Notes: generated by a model from the sequence alone, not told the origin. Positions 31,359 through 43,170 are shown, numbered from the whole stretch's first letter. The stretch is 63,819 nt of DNA, filler included, from 10 parts of 10 records of this genome joined end to end with filler, not necessarily neighbours in it, one strand, 5' to 3'. Numbers and translations are program-made.

Positions 31359-34331
31359 ATGAAGCTAATGAATAAAAAACTGACGTTAAAATCTACTCTG
31401 TGCGAGGTGAAAACGATTCTACTATTCTTTACTATCATGTTTTCGTTGGGGATTGGGAAGGCTCACTCGCAGGATTCTTTATCCGAATTAGTTCGTTCGA
31501 ATTTGGATGGCAAAAAGAGTCATGATTTTTATGTCGGATCGCTGAATTACAATAACGGGAAACGAGTTGCTCTCGATTCGGTATATTTTAATGAAAAGAA
31601 AGATACTTTGGTTTTGTTATTCGGTAAGGCTTTTGCCGAAATGCCGGTTCGCGAAAATGATATTCAGACCATTCAAGATTCGGTAAGAAATTTTTTGCCT
31701 GATTCTTTACAAAATATTCCGTTAAAAATAGTTGCCAATAAAATTGAGTTGCAGGAATTGGTGCCGAATTTTTACCGCATAAATCTTAGTACTGATAAGG
31801 AACGATTGACACAGAAAAGTCAGGCAACAAGAAAGAATGTGGTAGAGAAACAATCTGCTTTTGAGATTACAAATGGACTGGATAACTCAAATATTGCACT
31901 TTGGAACAGCCACGGCTGGTATTACGAACCAACGCTCGACCGATGGGAGTGGCAACGTGCACGATTATTTACCACTTTGGAAGATATTTCGCCATCAGCT
32001 TTTGTAATTCCTTACATTGGCCCGATGCTTGAAAATGCGGGTGCCAATGTTTTTATTCCACGCGAGCGCGATTGGCAAACTAACGAGGTGATTGTGGATA
32101 ACAACGGCTCTACCGGGAAAAGTAAATTCAAAAAGCCAAAAGGAAGGAAAAATGAAACTACCGGTTTTGCCATTGGACGCCAGCCTTATATAAATGAAAA
32201 TCCGTTTGAGTTAGGTTCTGCAATCAATTTTGAAAGTTTAAAAAAAGAAAACAAGGCAACATATATTCCCGAAATTCCAGAAACCGGAGATTATGCCGTT
32301 TATGTTTCGTATGGCTTAGGCGAGGGAAATGTGATTTATCGTGTTTTTCATTCGGGCGGAACAACTGATTTTGAGGTTGACCAACGAATGGGCTACGGAA
32401 CCTGGATTTATTTGGATAAATTTCATTTCAAAAAAGGAATTGATAAAAAAACGAGTAAGGTTGAATTGATTGTTCCTGAAGGTTCGAAGCAGCAATTTTC
32501 GGCCGATGCAGTTCGTTTTGGTGGCGGAATGGGAGTAATTGAGCGGAATGGAAAAACCGGAGGCCGTGCGAAGTTTTTTGAAGGAGCTCGTTATAATTTA
32601 CAGTACTCAGGAGCGCCCGATACATTGGTTTGGAAACTGAATGATAATCACGATTACAAAGACGATTACATGTGTCGCGGAGAGTGGGTAGATTGGTTGA
32701 TGGGAGCGCCGTTTGGCCCCGCTAAAAACAGGCAACATCCGGGCCTGAAAATACCGATCGACATGGCTTTTGCATTTCATACCGATGCAGGAATTTTGCC
32801 GGGTAATGGCATTGTAGGTACTCTCGGTATTTATTCAACCGAAAGAGAAGAAACAGGCAAGTTCCCTGATGGACAATCGAAATATGCCTCGCGCGACTTA
32901 ACCGACTTAATTCAAACGCAGATTGTTGACGATATCAATTCAATTTACAAATGCAACTGGACACGCCGCGGCATGTGGAACTCTCAGTACAGCGAGGCTT
33001 ATCGGCCCCAGGTGCCTACAATGTTGCTCGAATTATTATCGCACCAAAATTTGAACGACATAAAATATGTGCTGAACCCGAGTTTTCGTTTCGACGTTTC
33101 GCGTGCTGTTTACAAAGGAATGTTGCGTTTTCTGTCAACTCAAAATGGTTACAAATATGTGGTGCAACCATTACCTGTCAATCATTTAATTTCTGATTTT
33201 GTCGGAGAAAATGCAGTAAAAGTTACCTGGGAGACTGTTTTGGATGAACTGGAACCAACAGCTATTCCTGAAAAATATATGGTTTACCGGCGTATTGGCG
33301 AAAATGGTTTCGATAACGGAACGTTGGTTGACAAACCTGAAATTACTGTTGCGAACCTCGAAAAAGGAAACGTTTATGGATTTAAAGTAACTGCTGTTAA
33401 CGATGGTGGCGAAAGTTTTCCTTCAGAAATAATTTCTGTTGGAATAGCAGAAAACAGCAAAGGCGAAATTTTAATTGTTAATGGTTTCGACCGTGTGGAT
33501 GGACCGGCTATTTTTGAAACAGATTCGCTGGCAGGTGTTCTTCGTCTGCTCGACCACGGGGTGGCATACAACTATGATATTGAGACCACCGGCAACCAAT
33601 ACGATTTTGATAGGAAATCGGTTTGGCTCGATGATGATAGTCCCGGCCATGGAGCAAGTTACGCCGACTTGGAAACGACAATTTTCCGTGGAAATACTTT
33701 TGACTTTTCATATCAGCACGGTAAAAGTATGTTGGCAAACGGTTGCAGTTTTGTAACTTCAAGCGACGAGGCAGTTGAAGATGAAACAGTTGATTTAGAA
33801 GATTTCGATTTAGTTGATTTGCTTTACGGTGAAGAGAAAACAACCATCCTTCCGGGGAAAGACAAAACTCCTCATTTCGAAATTTATACTGAAAAGATGC
33901 TGAAGGTGTTGGAAGGATATACAAAAAATGGAGGGAAATTACTGATTTCCGGTGCGTATATTGGTTCCGAAATTCCAAAGGAAAAAGATACCGTAAAACG
34001 TTTTGGAGAATTGTTCGGATTCAAATGGCGAACCGGTCACGCTGTTAAAAAAGGGCATTTTTTTGCTGTTTCCGATGATTTGAAATTTAAGGGAGAATTC
34101 AATACCGATTACTGTTTGAAACAATATGCTGTTGAGTCGCCCGACGGAATTGAGCCTTTTAACGAAGCCGGAGAAACAATTTTCCGTTATGGAGAAAATA
34201 ATGTGAGTGCAGGTGTGTTTTATAATGGAAAACACAAAGTTGTTGCACTCGGTTTTCCGTTTGAAACAGTGAAAGGCGAAACTCAACGAAATGTATTGAT
34301 GAGAGAAATTATAAAAATGTTAAGCAAATAA
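31359..34331 (+). CDS. secreted amidase-like/golvesin-C/fibronectin III protein (often labelled 'xanthan lyase' in Bacteroidota)
   Basis: IALWNSHG, WQRARLF..ED, LENAGA, ADAVRFGGG, AFHTDA, LLELLSHQN and an FN3 domain (FKVTAVNDGGES). Confidence 0.75.
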   Translation: MKLMNKKLTLKSTLCEVKTILLFFTIMFSLGIGKAHSQDSLSELVRSNLDGKKSHDFYVGSLNYNNGKRVALDSVYFNEKKDTLVLLFGKAFAEMPVRENDIQTIQDSVRNFLPDSLQNIPLKIVANKIELQELVPNFYRINLSTDKERLTQKSQATRKNVVEKQSAFEITNGLDNSNIALWNSHGWYYEPTLDRWEWQRARLFTTLEDISPSAFVIPYIGPMLENAGANVFIPRERDWQTNEVIVDNNGSTGKSKFKKPKGRKNETTGFAIGRQPYINENPFELGSAINFESLKKENKATYIPEIPETGDYAVYVSYGLGEGNVIYRVFHSGGTTDFEVDQRMGYGTWIYLDKFHFKKGIDKKTSKVELIVPEGSKQQFSADAVRFGGGMGVIERNGKTGGRAKFFEGARYNLQYSGAPDTLVWKLNDNHDYKDDYMCRGEWVDWLMGAPFGPAKNRQHPGLKIPIDMAFAFHTDAGILPGNGIVGTLGIYSTEREETGKFPDGQSKYASRDLTDLIQTQIVDDINSIYKCNWTRRGMWNSQYSEAYRPQVPTMLLELLSHQNLNDIKYVLNPSFRFDVSRAVYKGMLRFLSTQNGYKYVVQPLPVNHLISDFVGENAVKVTWETVLDELEPTAIPEKYMVYRRIGENGFDNGTLVDKPEITVANLEKGNVYGFKVTAVNDGGESFPSEIISVGIAENSKGEILIVNGFDRVDGPAIFETDSLAGVLRLLDHGVAYNYDIETTGNQYDFDRKSVWLDDDSPGHGASYADLETTIFRGNTFDFSYQHGKSMLANGCSFVTSSDEAVEDETVDLEDFDLVDLLYGEEKTTILPGKDKTPHFEIYTEKMLKVLEGYTKNGGKLLISGAYIGSEIPKEKDTVKRFGELFGFKWRTGHAVKKGHFFAVSDDLKFKGEFNTDYCLKQYAVESPDGIEPFNEAGETIFRYGENNVSAGVFYNGKHKVVALGFPFETVKGETQRNVLMREIIKMLSK

Positions 34332-34390
34332 AGACCTTGAGTTCGCGGTAATTCGTTACTTAAAGATCGTTACTAGATAAAATAGAAATC

Positions 34391-35848
34391 ATGACAAAAA
34401 TAAATTGTTTTATACCAGCAGAGAGTTTTTCCGGAGTGTCGGAAATGATTAAAGAATTGCAGGCAAATTCAATGGTAGAGAATATTTTTCTTCCTGACGG
34501 TTTGGTAGCGGAAGCCGGAGAAAAAGCGCAGGCATTTTCGTTTACCAGCCTTACAAGTTCTGTATTGGTAAAACAAATTGCAGAAGCTTCGAAGGATGTG
34601 GATTATGCGTTATTGCTCACAAAAATTACTTCCATAAAATTGGGGCAATTTGCCATTGAACGAATGCTGGAAACCGCCGAAGCGACCGGTGCTGTAAAGG
34701 TTTATTCCGATTATTACGAGGTGAAAGAAGGGAAGCTGGCAACACATCCTGTTATCGATTACCAAGAAGGAAGTTTGCGCGACGATTTTAATTTTGGACC
34801 GCTGGTATTGTATAAAGCCGATGCCTTGCAAGCCGCCGTTAAAAGTATGACACAGGATTTTGAACATGCCGGTTTGTACTCGTTGCGTTTAAAAGTGGCT
34901 CAACAAGGCGAATTTTTCCGTATGCCTGAATTTTTGTACACGATTGATGAAAGCGATACCCGCAAAAGCGGACAGAAAATTTTTGATTATGTAGATCCTA
35001 AAAATCGTCAGGTGCAGGTTGAAATGGAGCAGGCTGCAACCGAACATTTAAAGAATGTTGGTGCCTGGTTAAGTCCTGATTTTACGCCGGTTGAATTCGA
35101 TACGACTTCATTCGATAAAAAGGCTTCGGTAGTAATACCGGTGCGAAATCGTGAAAAAACTATTGCCGATGCCATTGAGTCGGTGTTAATGCAAAAAACA
35201 GACTTCGATTTTAACCTAATTATTGTTGACAATCATTCTACCGATAAAACCACAGAAATAATTAAATCGTTTGCCGATAAAGACGAGCGATTAATTCATA
35301 TTATACCGGTTCGCGAAGATTTGGGAATTGGTGGTTGCTGGAATTTGGCGGTGCACGATTCGCGCTGCGGAATGATTGCGATGCAGTTAGACAGCGACGA
35401 TATTTATAAAGATGAAACTACGCTGCAAAAGGTAATTGCTGCGTTTGAAGCAGAGAAATGTGGCATGGTGGTGGGAACATACCAATTGGTGAATTTCGAA
35501 TTGGAGGAAATTCCTCCGGGCATAATCGACCACAAAGAATGGACTCCTGATAATGGAAAAAACAATGCCATGCGCATAAACGGACTCGGAGCACCGCGTG
35601 CATTTTATACGCCCGTTCTTCGCGATGTGAAAATTCCGAACACCAGTTATGGAGAAGATTATGCGGTTGGTTTGGCCATTTCGAGAAATTACCAGATTGG
35701 TAGAATTTACGATAATATTTATTTGTGTCGTCGTTGGGACGATAATTCCGACGCAGCTTTGGATATTGTAAAAATGAATGCACACAATACGTACAAAGAC
35801 AGGATTCGTACGATTGAATTGAAGGCTCGTCAGAAGAAAAATAATTAA
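34391..35848 (+). CDS. glycosyltransferase family 2 protein with N-terminal extension
   Basis: ASVVIPVRNRE, IIVDNHSTD, QLDSDD, YGEDY. Confidence 0.88.
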   Translation: MTKINCFIPAESFSGVSEMIKELQANSMVENIFLPDGLVAEAGEKAQAFSFTSLTSSVLVKQIAEASKDVDYALLLTKITSIKLGQFAIERMLETAEATGAVKVYSDYYEVKEGKLATHPVIDYQEGSLRDDFNFGPLVLYKADALQAAVKSMTQDFEHAGLYSLRLKVAQQGEFFRMPEFLYTIDESDTRKSGQKIFDYVDPKNRQVQVEMEQAATEHLKNVGAWLSPDFTPVEFDTTSFDKKASVVIPVRNREKTIADAIESVLMQKTDFDFNLIIVDNHSTDKTTEIIKSFADKDERLIHIIPVREDLGIGGCWNLAVHDSRCGMIAMQLDSDDIYKDETTLQKVIAAFEAEKCGMVVGTYQLVNFELEEIPPGIIDHKEWTPDNGKNNAMRINGLGAPRAFYTPVLRDVKIPNTSYGEDYAVGLAISRNYQIGRIYDNIYLCRRWDDNSDAALDIVKMNAHNTYKDRIRTIELKARQKKNN

Positions 35849-35852
35849 AGTT

Positions 35853-35938
35853 GTCAGACTTCGACTACGCTCAGCCTGACGGTCACAGTGAGGTTTAATT
35901 GTGTTCCTAAACCTGACAGCGTCTTTAAGACCTGTCAG
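35853..35938. repeat. Bacteroidota REP-like elements
   Basis: GTCAGACTTCGACTACGCTCAGCCTGAC and the CTGACAG...CTGTCAG inverted repeat at the contig end. Confidence 0.55.
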
Positions 35939-36481
35939 NNNNNNNNNNNNNNNNNNNNNNNNNNNNNNNNNNNNNNNNNNNNTTAATTAATTAANNNNNN
36001 NNNNNNNNNNNNNNNNNNNNNNNNNNNNNNNNNNNNNNTCGAACCAATGAGCGTGAGGTTTTTCATATTAATGAGCTTATGATTAATTGCTTGATCAACA
36101 TTTGTCAATCATTTTGAAGTTACTTCGATACATTGTCCTTCCGAAAATCCATGCGGTCTTACTCTCAAAAAATCTTCCGTATTTTTTCATGATCGGAATC
36201 TTCCTCAATCAATAAACATTTTCTTTTTCTCGCCTTTCGGCAAAAGCGTCGGAGTATACTTTGGTTCCGGCTTACATATATATCACCTAATTTTTGAAAA
36301 ATTCTGTTTTGATATTTAGAGTCGATCAATTTTTGATCCGCTGTTATCACCACCAAATCATAACCCCGGACTCCAGAGACTCAATAGACTAACCCCGATA
36401 GAATAACGCTTTTCATCAGTTTCATCATAAATATTCCTTTCCTGTTTCGATAATGGAGGATCTTCACAAGATATTTTCGAT

Positions 36482-37506
36482 TTAGCCATCCATAACGCTC
36501 ATCCGTCGATCCACCCAATGACATGCCAGATCCGTGGCAAAATTGGTGAACGAGATCAAGATCCCCGAAAAAAGCACCAAGGCCTGAATCATGGTGAAAT
36601 CCCGGCCCATGAGCGCTTCCTGAAACAACTTCCCGATTCCCGGCCATGCAAACACCGTCTCCACGATGACGGATCCTTCCAAAATCATGAGAAATTGAAG
36701 AGAGAGCCAGGTCATCACCGGAACCATGGCATTTTTTAAAACATGAACAAAAAGAATCCGGGAACGGCTCAATCCCCGTAATACCGCATACCGCACGTAT
36801 TCGGTCTCCAGGATATCCAATACGGACGATCGCACCATTCGAAGGGTGAATCCCACCTGGGAGAGCACCAGCACACTCACCGGAAGGATCATGTGCCGGA
36901 TGTTTTCGACAATGAATGGTCCGATCAAAAAAAAGCGGCTCCCTTCATCACGGGTTATCTCTCCCATGACGCCCTCCCCCTTACGGAAGCGGTCCCGAAG
37001 CTGGGCAGCCACCCCAGTTTCACGGAAAAAAGCAGAATCAAGAGCAGCGCCATGTAGAATCCCGGAATGGAGACTTTGATTGCCGCGATTCCACGGGTCA
37101 CCCGATCGAACCATCCGCCCCGTCGATAGGCTGCAAGGATTCCGCAGGGAAGCGCAATGAAAACAGTGACGGTAATCGCGGAGAGGGCCAGGATGAGGGT
37201 GCGGGGGAATCGATCCCGGATTTCGTCCATCACCGGCACGCCGCTTTGTAGAGAATTGCCGAGGCGACCGGTGGCGATCCTCTTGAGCCATTCCATGTAT
37301 TGAAGGTGGATGGGACGGTTCAGTCCTTCCCGCCGGGCCAGCTCTTGGATCATTTCCGGAGAGATGAGCTGACTGCCGTACCGATCCAAAGCGATGATGG
37401 TCGCGGGGTCGCCGTCGGTCATGCGCATCAGGAAGAACGTGAGGGTGACCACGCCGAACAGGACCAGGATCATACTCAAGATTCTTTTTATGGAATATAA
37501 AACCAT
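36482..37506 (-). CDS. DppB/OppB-type peptide/nickel ABC permease, frameshift near 36975
   Basis: MVLYSIKRIL...GDPA...GLNRP..QY..W...GRLGNS...RFPRT; then ILPVSVL...RSSVLD...YVRYA...GL...HVLKNA...VETVFAWPGIG. Confidence 0.88.
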
Positions 37507-37529
37507 GGATTGATCTTCCTTTTGCTCTT

Positions 37530-38696
37530 TTACGGAAAAAGACGTTTTTGAGTACGTGGGTGAAAAAACAAAATCCCATCGATTTTGAATTGAAATGCCC
37601 GGGTTTCCCCCAATGGACTCCCGGATGTCCGGCCATCGCCAATGCTCCCGGAGATCACATGGGAACCGGTATCCATATGGACATATCGATCCATACCGCA
37701 ACGCTCTTCATCCAACACCACCCCCTTGCCATGGAGAGGCGTGCCACTTGTTTTTTCTTTGACAGGCTGTACGGAAACATATTGGGGCCGCATCCCCAGA
37801 ATCAGATCCTCTTCAACGGGAAGTTGGGAAAACTTGGGGGAAGACAAAGGAAATGCAATGGCCCCGTTTCCCCTCTCTTGAAACCGCCTATCCCCTTCCC
37901 CATCGTCGGCAAGGACCCTCCCCTGAATGAAATTCATGGTTGGAGCTCCCATGAACTTTGCCGCAAACAGACTCTCCGGAGCATTGAACAGCGACTCCGG
38001 GAGACCGGACTGCTCGACTCTTCCATGGTTCATCAACACGATACGATCTCCCATGGCTGCCGCCTCGTCATGGTCATGGGTTACCATGATCACGGTAAGC
38101 CCCAGTTTTTTCTGAATCTTCCGCAATTGAATTCTGACATGCATGCGAAGATGCTGATCCAAATTGGAAAACGGCTCATCCAGCAGCAATACTGAGGGAC
38201 GTGTCATCAATGCCCGACCAAACGCCACCCGCTGCTGCTGTCCTCCGGAGAGTTGTGCCGGTTTTCGATCCAGCTCCTCCGGTTGAAGCCGGACAAGGGA
38301 GACGATCTCATGGAGTCGGCGTTTAACTTCTTCCTTGTTGACCCGCCGGACCCGCAATGCATAGGTGAGATTCTCCCTTGCCGTCATATGGGGATAGAGG
38401 GCATAGTTTTGAAATACCATGGCAAATGGACGCCGACTGGGGGAGATGGAGGCGATGTTCCGCCCATTCAACATGATCTTACCTTTGCTGGCATCTTCAA
38501 GTCCTGCGATCATTCGAAGTAATGTGGTTTTCCCGCATCCGGAAGGCCCTAACAGAACAACCATTTCCCCTTGGTCAACCGAGAGGTTGAAGTGATCCAC
38601 AGCGATCAACGGCGTGTGTTTTTTTGGATTTCCCGCTGAAAATTCCTTGGTGACATCCTGAAAGGTCAATGTGACCGGCTTCTGTTTGGGTTCCAT
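37530..38696 (-). CDS. MalK-family ABC ATP-binding protein
   Basis: GPSGCGKT, MVFQNYALYPH, LSGGQQQR, LLLDEP, VTHD. Confidence 0.95.
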   Translation of the reverse strand: MEPKQKPVTLTFQDVTKEFSAGNPKKHTPLIAVDHFNLSVDQGEMVVLLGPSGCGKTTLLRMIAGLEDASKGKIMLNGRNIASISPSRRPFAMVFQNYALYPHMTARENLTYALRVRRVNKEEVKRRLHEIVSLVRLQPEELDRKPAQLSGGQQQRVAFGRALMTRPSVLLLDEPFSNLDQHLRMHVRIQLRKIQKKLGLTVIMVTHDHDEAAAMGDRIVLMNHGRVEQSGLPESLFNAPESLFAAKFMGAPTMNFIQGRVLADDGEGDRRFQERGNGAIAFPLSSPKFSQLPVEEDLILGMRPQYVSVQPVKEKTSGTPLHGKGVVLDEERCGMDRYVHMDTGSHVISGSIGDGRTSGSPLGETRAFQFKIDGILFFHPRTQKRLFP

Positions 38697-38710
38697 AAAT
38701 CCGATTCCTT

Positions 38711-39745
38711 CTACAACTTATGGGTAGACAACTCTGCAACGGTATACCGATCGATGACAAACCGCTGGGCCGCCAGAAGAAACAGCAAAGAGGGCAAGGT
38801 CAATATCACGCTCCCTGCCATCAAGAGCGGCCATTGGGTGGAATGCAATGTCTGAAACGCCCGTAATCCCAAAGGGGCGGTCTGCATGGCCGAAGAGGTG
38901 GTCACAATGAGCGGCCATGTAAAGCTTTGCCAGGATGAGAGAAATGCAATGAAACAGGCGGTCACCCAGGTCGGTTTGACCAGAGGCAGCATGATGTCCC
39001 AAAATACCCGCAGGTGGGATCCTGTTTCCAGATACGCCGCCTCCGCAACCTGGGAGGGCACTCTCTCCATGGCGGTGATCAATAAAAATGTGGCCGTGAT
39101 GGAGACACTCCCCGGAACAATCAATGAGAAAAAGGAATCCAGCCCCACCATACGTCCCACGGAATGAACCGAATCCCCCATGACGATCACCCGCTGCACC
39201 TCCCAGAAATCGGAAGGCCACAACAGTTCCGGAAGCTTGACGATCAACAGGAATCGGGGAATCAACACCACTGAGAAGGGAATCAGCCATGAGAGGAAAA
39301 GAAGTCGTCGAATCCATCTTTCTCCCTGCCATCGAATCGTGGCCAGTCCATAGGCGGCCATGGCGGAAAGGCATGTCTCCAAAAGAGCGCAGGTGACGGC
39401 AACCCCGAAGCTGTTCACCAGATACCGTCCAAAGGGGATGCTGGTGAAAATCTCCCGATAGTTCTGCCACCGGGGGTGTGGCGGAAGAAAGAGATTCCCC
39501 GGCGCAAGTGCGCTGAACATCTCCTGATTGCTTTTAAGGGAGGTGGCGATCATCCATAAAAACGGGGCGATAAACGCCAGCAGCAGCCCCACCCCGCCCA
39601 TGAAAAAAAACACCTTTTTCCAGTCCTCACGTTTTCGAACATATCTCCGAATTTGAGATCGAGCCTTACCATGGGGTGTTGCGGCAAATGCGTCGTTGCG
39701 GCCGGTTTTCCGAAACCGTCGATCCCTCACTCTCATGTCATGCAT
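38711..39745 (-). CDS. carbohydrate ABC permease (MalG-like)
   Basis: PFLWMIATSLK, WQNY, NSFGVA, degenerate EAA loop, W..F.WPL, WPLLMAG. Confidence 0.88.
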   Translation of the reverse strand: MHDMRVRDRRFRKTGRNDAFAATPHGKARSQIRRYVRKREDWKKVFFFMGGVGLLLAFIAPFLWMIATSLKSNQEMFSALAPGNLFLPPHPRWQNYREIFTSIPFGRYLVNSFGVAVTCALLETCLSAMAAYGLATIRWQGERWIRRLLFLSWLIPFSVVLIPRFLLIVKLPELLWPSDFWEVQRVIVMGDSVHSVGRMVGLDSFFSLIVPGSVSITATFLLITAMERVPSQVAEAAYLETGSHLRVFWDIMLPLVKPTWVTACFIAFLSSWQSFTWPLIVTTSSAMQTAPLGLRAFQTLHSTQWPLLMAGSVILTLPSLLFLLAAQRFVIDRYTVAELSTHKL

Positions 39746-40645
39746 GACGCCCCCTTCCGATTCTGACGACCAGTAAGGGCAAGAGGACACAGAACATCAC
39801 GATGCCCACGGCAGCCCCGTACCCCGGTCGCTGCCACTCAAACGCATTTTCAAAAAGATAATAGGACAGGGTGGTGGTGGAGCGAAGGGGACCACCTCCG
39901 GTCATGATATATGCGATCTCAAATCCCCCTGAACCGCGCCGATCAACCCCAGGCATCCGTTAAATACGACCAACGATTTCAGCCACGGCCAGTAAATATC
40001 CCGTATTCGGTACCAGAAATTGAGCCCGTCCAATACGGCCATATCCTGGAGCTGTTTGGGGATTTGCCGAAGACCGGCCAGAAAGAAAAGCATTTGAAAT
40101 CCCCCCACACTCTCCCAAAAAAGTACCAGCATGACGGCCGGCTTGCTCCAGGCGGGATCTTCCAACCACAAAGGCCCCTGGATCCCGAAAATGGCCAAAG
40201 CCCTTGCCAAAAGCCCCACATCGACATTGAAAATGGCCCGCCACATGATGTAAAGGGCCATGGGAGTCACCAATGTCGGCAAAAAGACCACCAGCCGGCA
40301 CAGACGGCTCCACCCTGTGCCGCGATTTAAAAACAGAGCCAATGCAAAACTGCCTGCCACTTGAAAGGGAACCACAAGGCAAATCACCGCAGTATTGAAC
40401 AATGCCTGTAAAAACAAAGGATCCGGCGCTGCTGCCGATCCTCCCAGAAGGGTGGTGAAGTTGGCAAGTCCCAACCACTTTGGCGGAGCGGTCAGCGTCC
40501 ATTTTGTCATGGACAAAACGATTGCCGCCCCGGCCGGAATCAGATGAAAAAGAAGCAGGCCCATCAACAGTGGCAAAACAAAGAGAAGTCCTGTTCGGGT
40601 TGTCCGATGCGTACGGGTACGATCCCCCTCTCTTTGATCAGTCAT
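39738..40645 (-). CDS. carbohydrate ABC permease (MalF-like), frameshift near 39925
   Basis: LFVLP, WLGLANF, FLAGLRQIP...A.LDG; continues as FEIAYIMTGGGP...GYGAA. Confidence 0.88.
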
Positions 40646-41274
40646 GGATGCTCTCCACAATTCCGGATGAGAGGGAACGTATCAGTAATGTTGCGGCCCC
40701 TTGAGCGTCCAACATGCCCAGGCGATGCGCATCCAGTGCCTGCTTGAAGATCTCCTTTTGCAATGACTCGTTGATGCGGGGGCTGTAGTCCATGGTTTTG
40801 GATGCCGTGGCCTGATCTTTCAAAACCGTATATCGAGACGGAATCTCACATCCTTTGTGCGCCGGGAGATATATTTTGTGTTCCATGTGACGCATCTGGG
40901 CTTTGGGGCCGGACAAATAACGGACAAACCGCTTGGCTTCTTCCGGGTACTTAGACCTGGTGGAGACCCCAAAGGAATTGCCTCCCAGGATTGTCGCGCC
41001 ATTGACCGGTCCTTGAGGAAGGGGACGAACGCCCCAGGAAACGGCCTCTTGCGCTTCAAAATCAGCAATTTTCCAGCTTCCGGACCAGTAGAATATCGCC
41101 CTGCCCTGCAGAAATAGGCTGCCCAGCACCCCTTGACTGGCCCCTTTTGAGGGAAGATTCATACGATCCCAGGGGCGGGGAAGAATGCCGTCTTCCAGGC
41201 GCCATGCCGCCATGGATTCCAAGGTATCCACCGCTTTTTGATGATCGAGCACACAATCTCCATTCTTGGAAAAA
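40638..41274 (-). CDS. carbohydrate ABC substrate-binding protein, 5' partial
   Basis: FLQGRAIFYWSGSW, WGVRPLPQGP, SKYPEEAKRFVRYL. Confidence 0.85.
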
Positions 41275-41374
41275 NNNNNNNNNNNNNNNNNNNNNNNNNN
41301 NNNNNNNNNNNNNNNNNNTTAATTAATTAANNNNNNNNNNNNNNNNNNNNNNNNNNNNNNNNNNNNNNNNNNNN

Positions 41375-42179
41375 CGCCCGCCGCCCAGATAATGTTCTCA
41401 GCCGGCAACTGTTCATCACCAATATGGACAACTCCTTCACGGATGTCGGTCACAAGACTGTTCAGACGCACCTCAACACCCATCTGTTCGAGGTCCTTGA
41501 GCGCTTTGTCGCTCAGCTTTTGGGGCAGAGCGGCCAACACCCGATCGGCCGCTTCAACCAGAATAATCCGTGTTGTTGTCGTATCAATATTGCGGAAGTC
41601 CTTGGGGATAGTCTGAGACGCGATCTCCTTGAGCGACCCGGCCAGCTCGACCCCTGTCGGACCACCTCCGACCACCACGAAAGTCAGCTTTGCCTTGCGC
41701 GCCGCCTCGTTGGCTTCCCACTCTGCTGCCTCATATGCAAGAAGGACACGGCGACGGATTTCCAGGGCGTCATCGACCGTCTTCAGTCCCGGAGCCAGAG
41801 GCGCCCAATCATCGCGGCCAAAATAGGAATGTGTTGCCCCGGTTGCCAGAACCAGGTAGTCAAAAGACAACTCGGCCCCTGGGAAATGGGCCACCTTCCG
41901 CTCAAGGTCGACATCTTTCAGTTTGGCCAGAACAACTTTGACATTGCGCTGGTTTCTCAGAATCCGCCGAATCGGGCTGGCAATGTCGGCCGGCGACAAA
42001 ACAGCCGAGGCCACCTGATAGAGCAGGGGCTGAAAAAGATGATAATTGTGTCGGTCAACCAGAGTGACGTCGACATCGGCTCCGGACAGCCCTTTGACAC
42101 AGTGGATACCGGCGAATCCTCCACCGACAACCAGAACGTGGGGCCTTTTACCCACCGCTAATGAACACTCTTGACTCAT
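41375..42179 (-). CDS. ndh: type II NADH dehydrogenase, 3' partial
   Basis: VVGGGFAG, HLFQPLLYQVA, LATGA, VVGGGPTGVELAG, IWAAG. Confidence 0.92.
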
Positions 42180-42529
42180 ATTTGCAACACCTTCTGAAGT
42201 TTTCTGATCCGAATTGAAACGAAGCTTATAACCATTAAAAATATCAAGCTGTTATCGCATTTAGAAATACATTATATAAACATATTTTGCCCTCCTTGAG
42301 AATGGTGAGAGCTTTTTTTAGCAGCAGCAACCCACAAGGAACCATTGATCGGCGCTACAATATTTGCCCTCATGAGACTGTCATTCTTGGTTATGACTGA
42401 AAAACCCGCTTAATCCTGTCAGAAAATAACCGTAACAGTCCTCTATCCCTGTGAAAAATAAAATATTTGACAAAAAAACGTCCGGGCGTTAAAAAAACTG
42501 GTCTTACCATTTTAAGTGGAGTTTTTTAC

Positions 42530-43111
42530 ATGGTTTCTTTGTTGCTCATTCTCGTCAGCGCCGTCTTTGTCAACAACTTCGTCCTGGCCAGGTTTCTGGG
42601 AATCTGCCCCTTTCTGGGCGTTTCCAAAAAAGTTGAGACTGCGATTGGCATGGGCATGGCGGTTATCTTTGTCATGTCGGTTGCGTCCGTTGTCACCTGG
42701 TTTATTCAGTATTTCATTCTGATCCCCTTCGGGATTGAATACCTTCAGACGATCGCTTTTATCCTTGTTATTGCGTCTCTGGTTCAGCTCGTCGAGATGA
42801 TCATTCAGAAAACAAGCCCGGTTCTTTACCAGTCGCTGGGCATCTTTCTTCCGCTGATTACAACCAACTGCGCCGTTCTCGGGGTCGCTGTTCTCAGCAT
42901 CCAGAAGAGCTACAGCTTTCTTGAAGCGGTCGTCTTCGCTCTGGGGGCCGGTCTCGGCTTCACCCTGGCGATGGTCCTGTTTGCCGGCTTACGCGAGCGC
43001 GTTGACCTCTGTCCGGTTCCCAACTGTTTCCGTGGTACCGCGATTGCGCTGGTCACCGCCGGGCTCCTGTCCCTGGCATTCATGGGCTTTGCCGGACTCG
43101 TCAAGGGATAG
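42530..43111 (+). CDS. rnfA: Rnf electron transport complex subunit A
   Basis: [34 protein letters not shown]. Confidence 0.95.
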   Translation: MVSLLLILVSAVFVNNFVLARFLGICPFLGVSKKVETAIGMGMAVIFVMSVASVVTWFIQYFILIPFGIEYLQTIAFILVIASLVQLVEMIIQKTSPVLYQSLGIFLPLITTNCAVLGVAVLSIQKSYSFLEAVVFALGAGLGFTLAMVLFAGLRERVDLCPVPNCFRGTAIALVTAGLLSLAFMGFAGLVKG

Positions 43112-43170
43112 TTTCAGATAAACGTTCAATCAAACTGATCTGTTATTTTGTCATAAAAGGATAATCAAGA

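Noticed and set aside
36165-36428. Short ORFs, including a VVITADQKL fragment resembling a PIN toxin end
   Set aside because: Too short and AT-rich to support; no other PIN residues or antitoxin seen.
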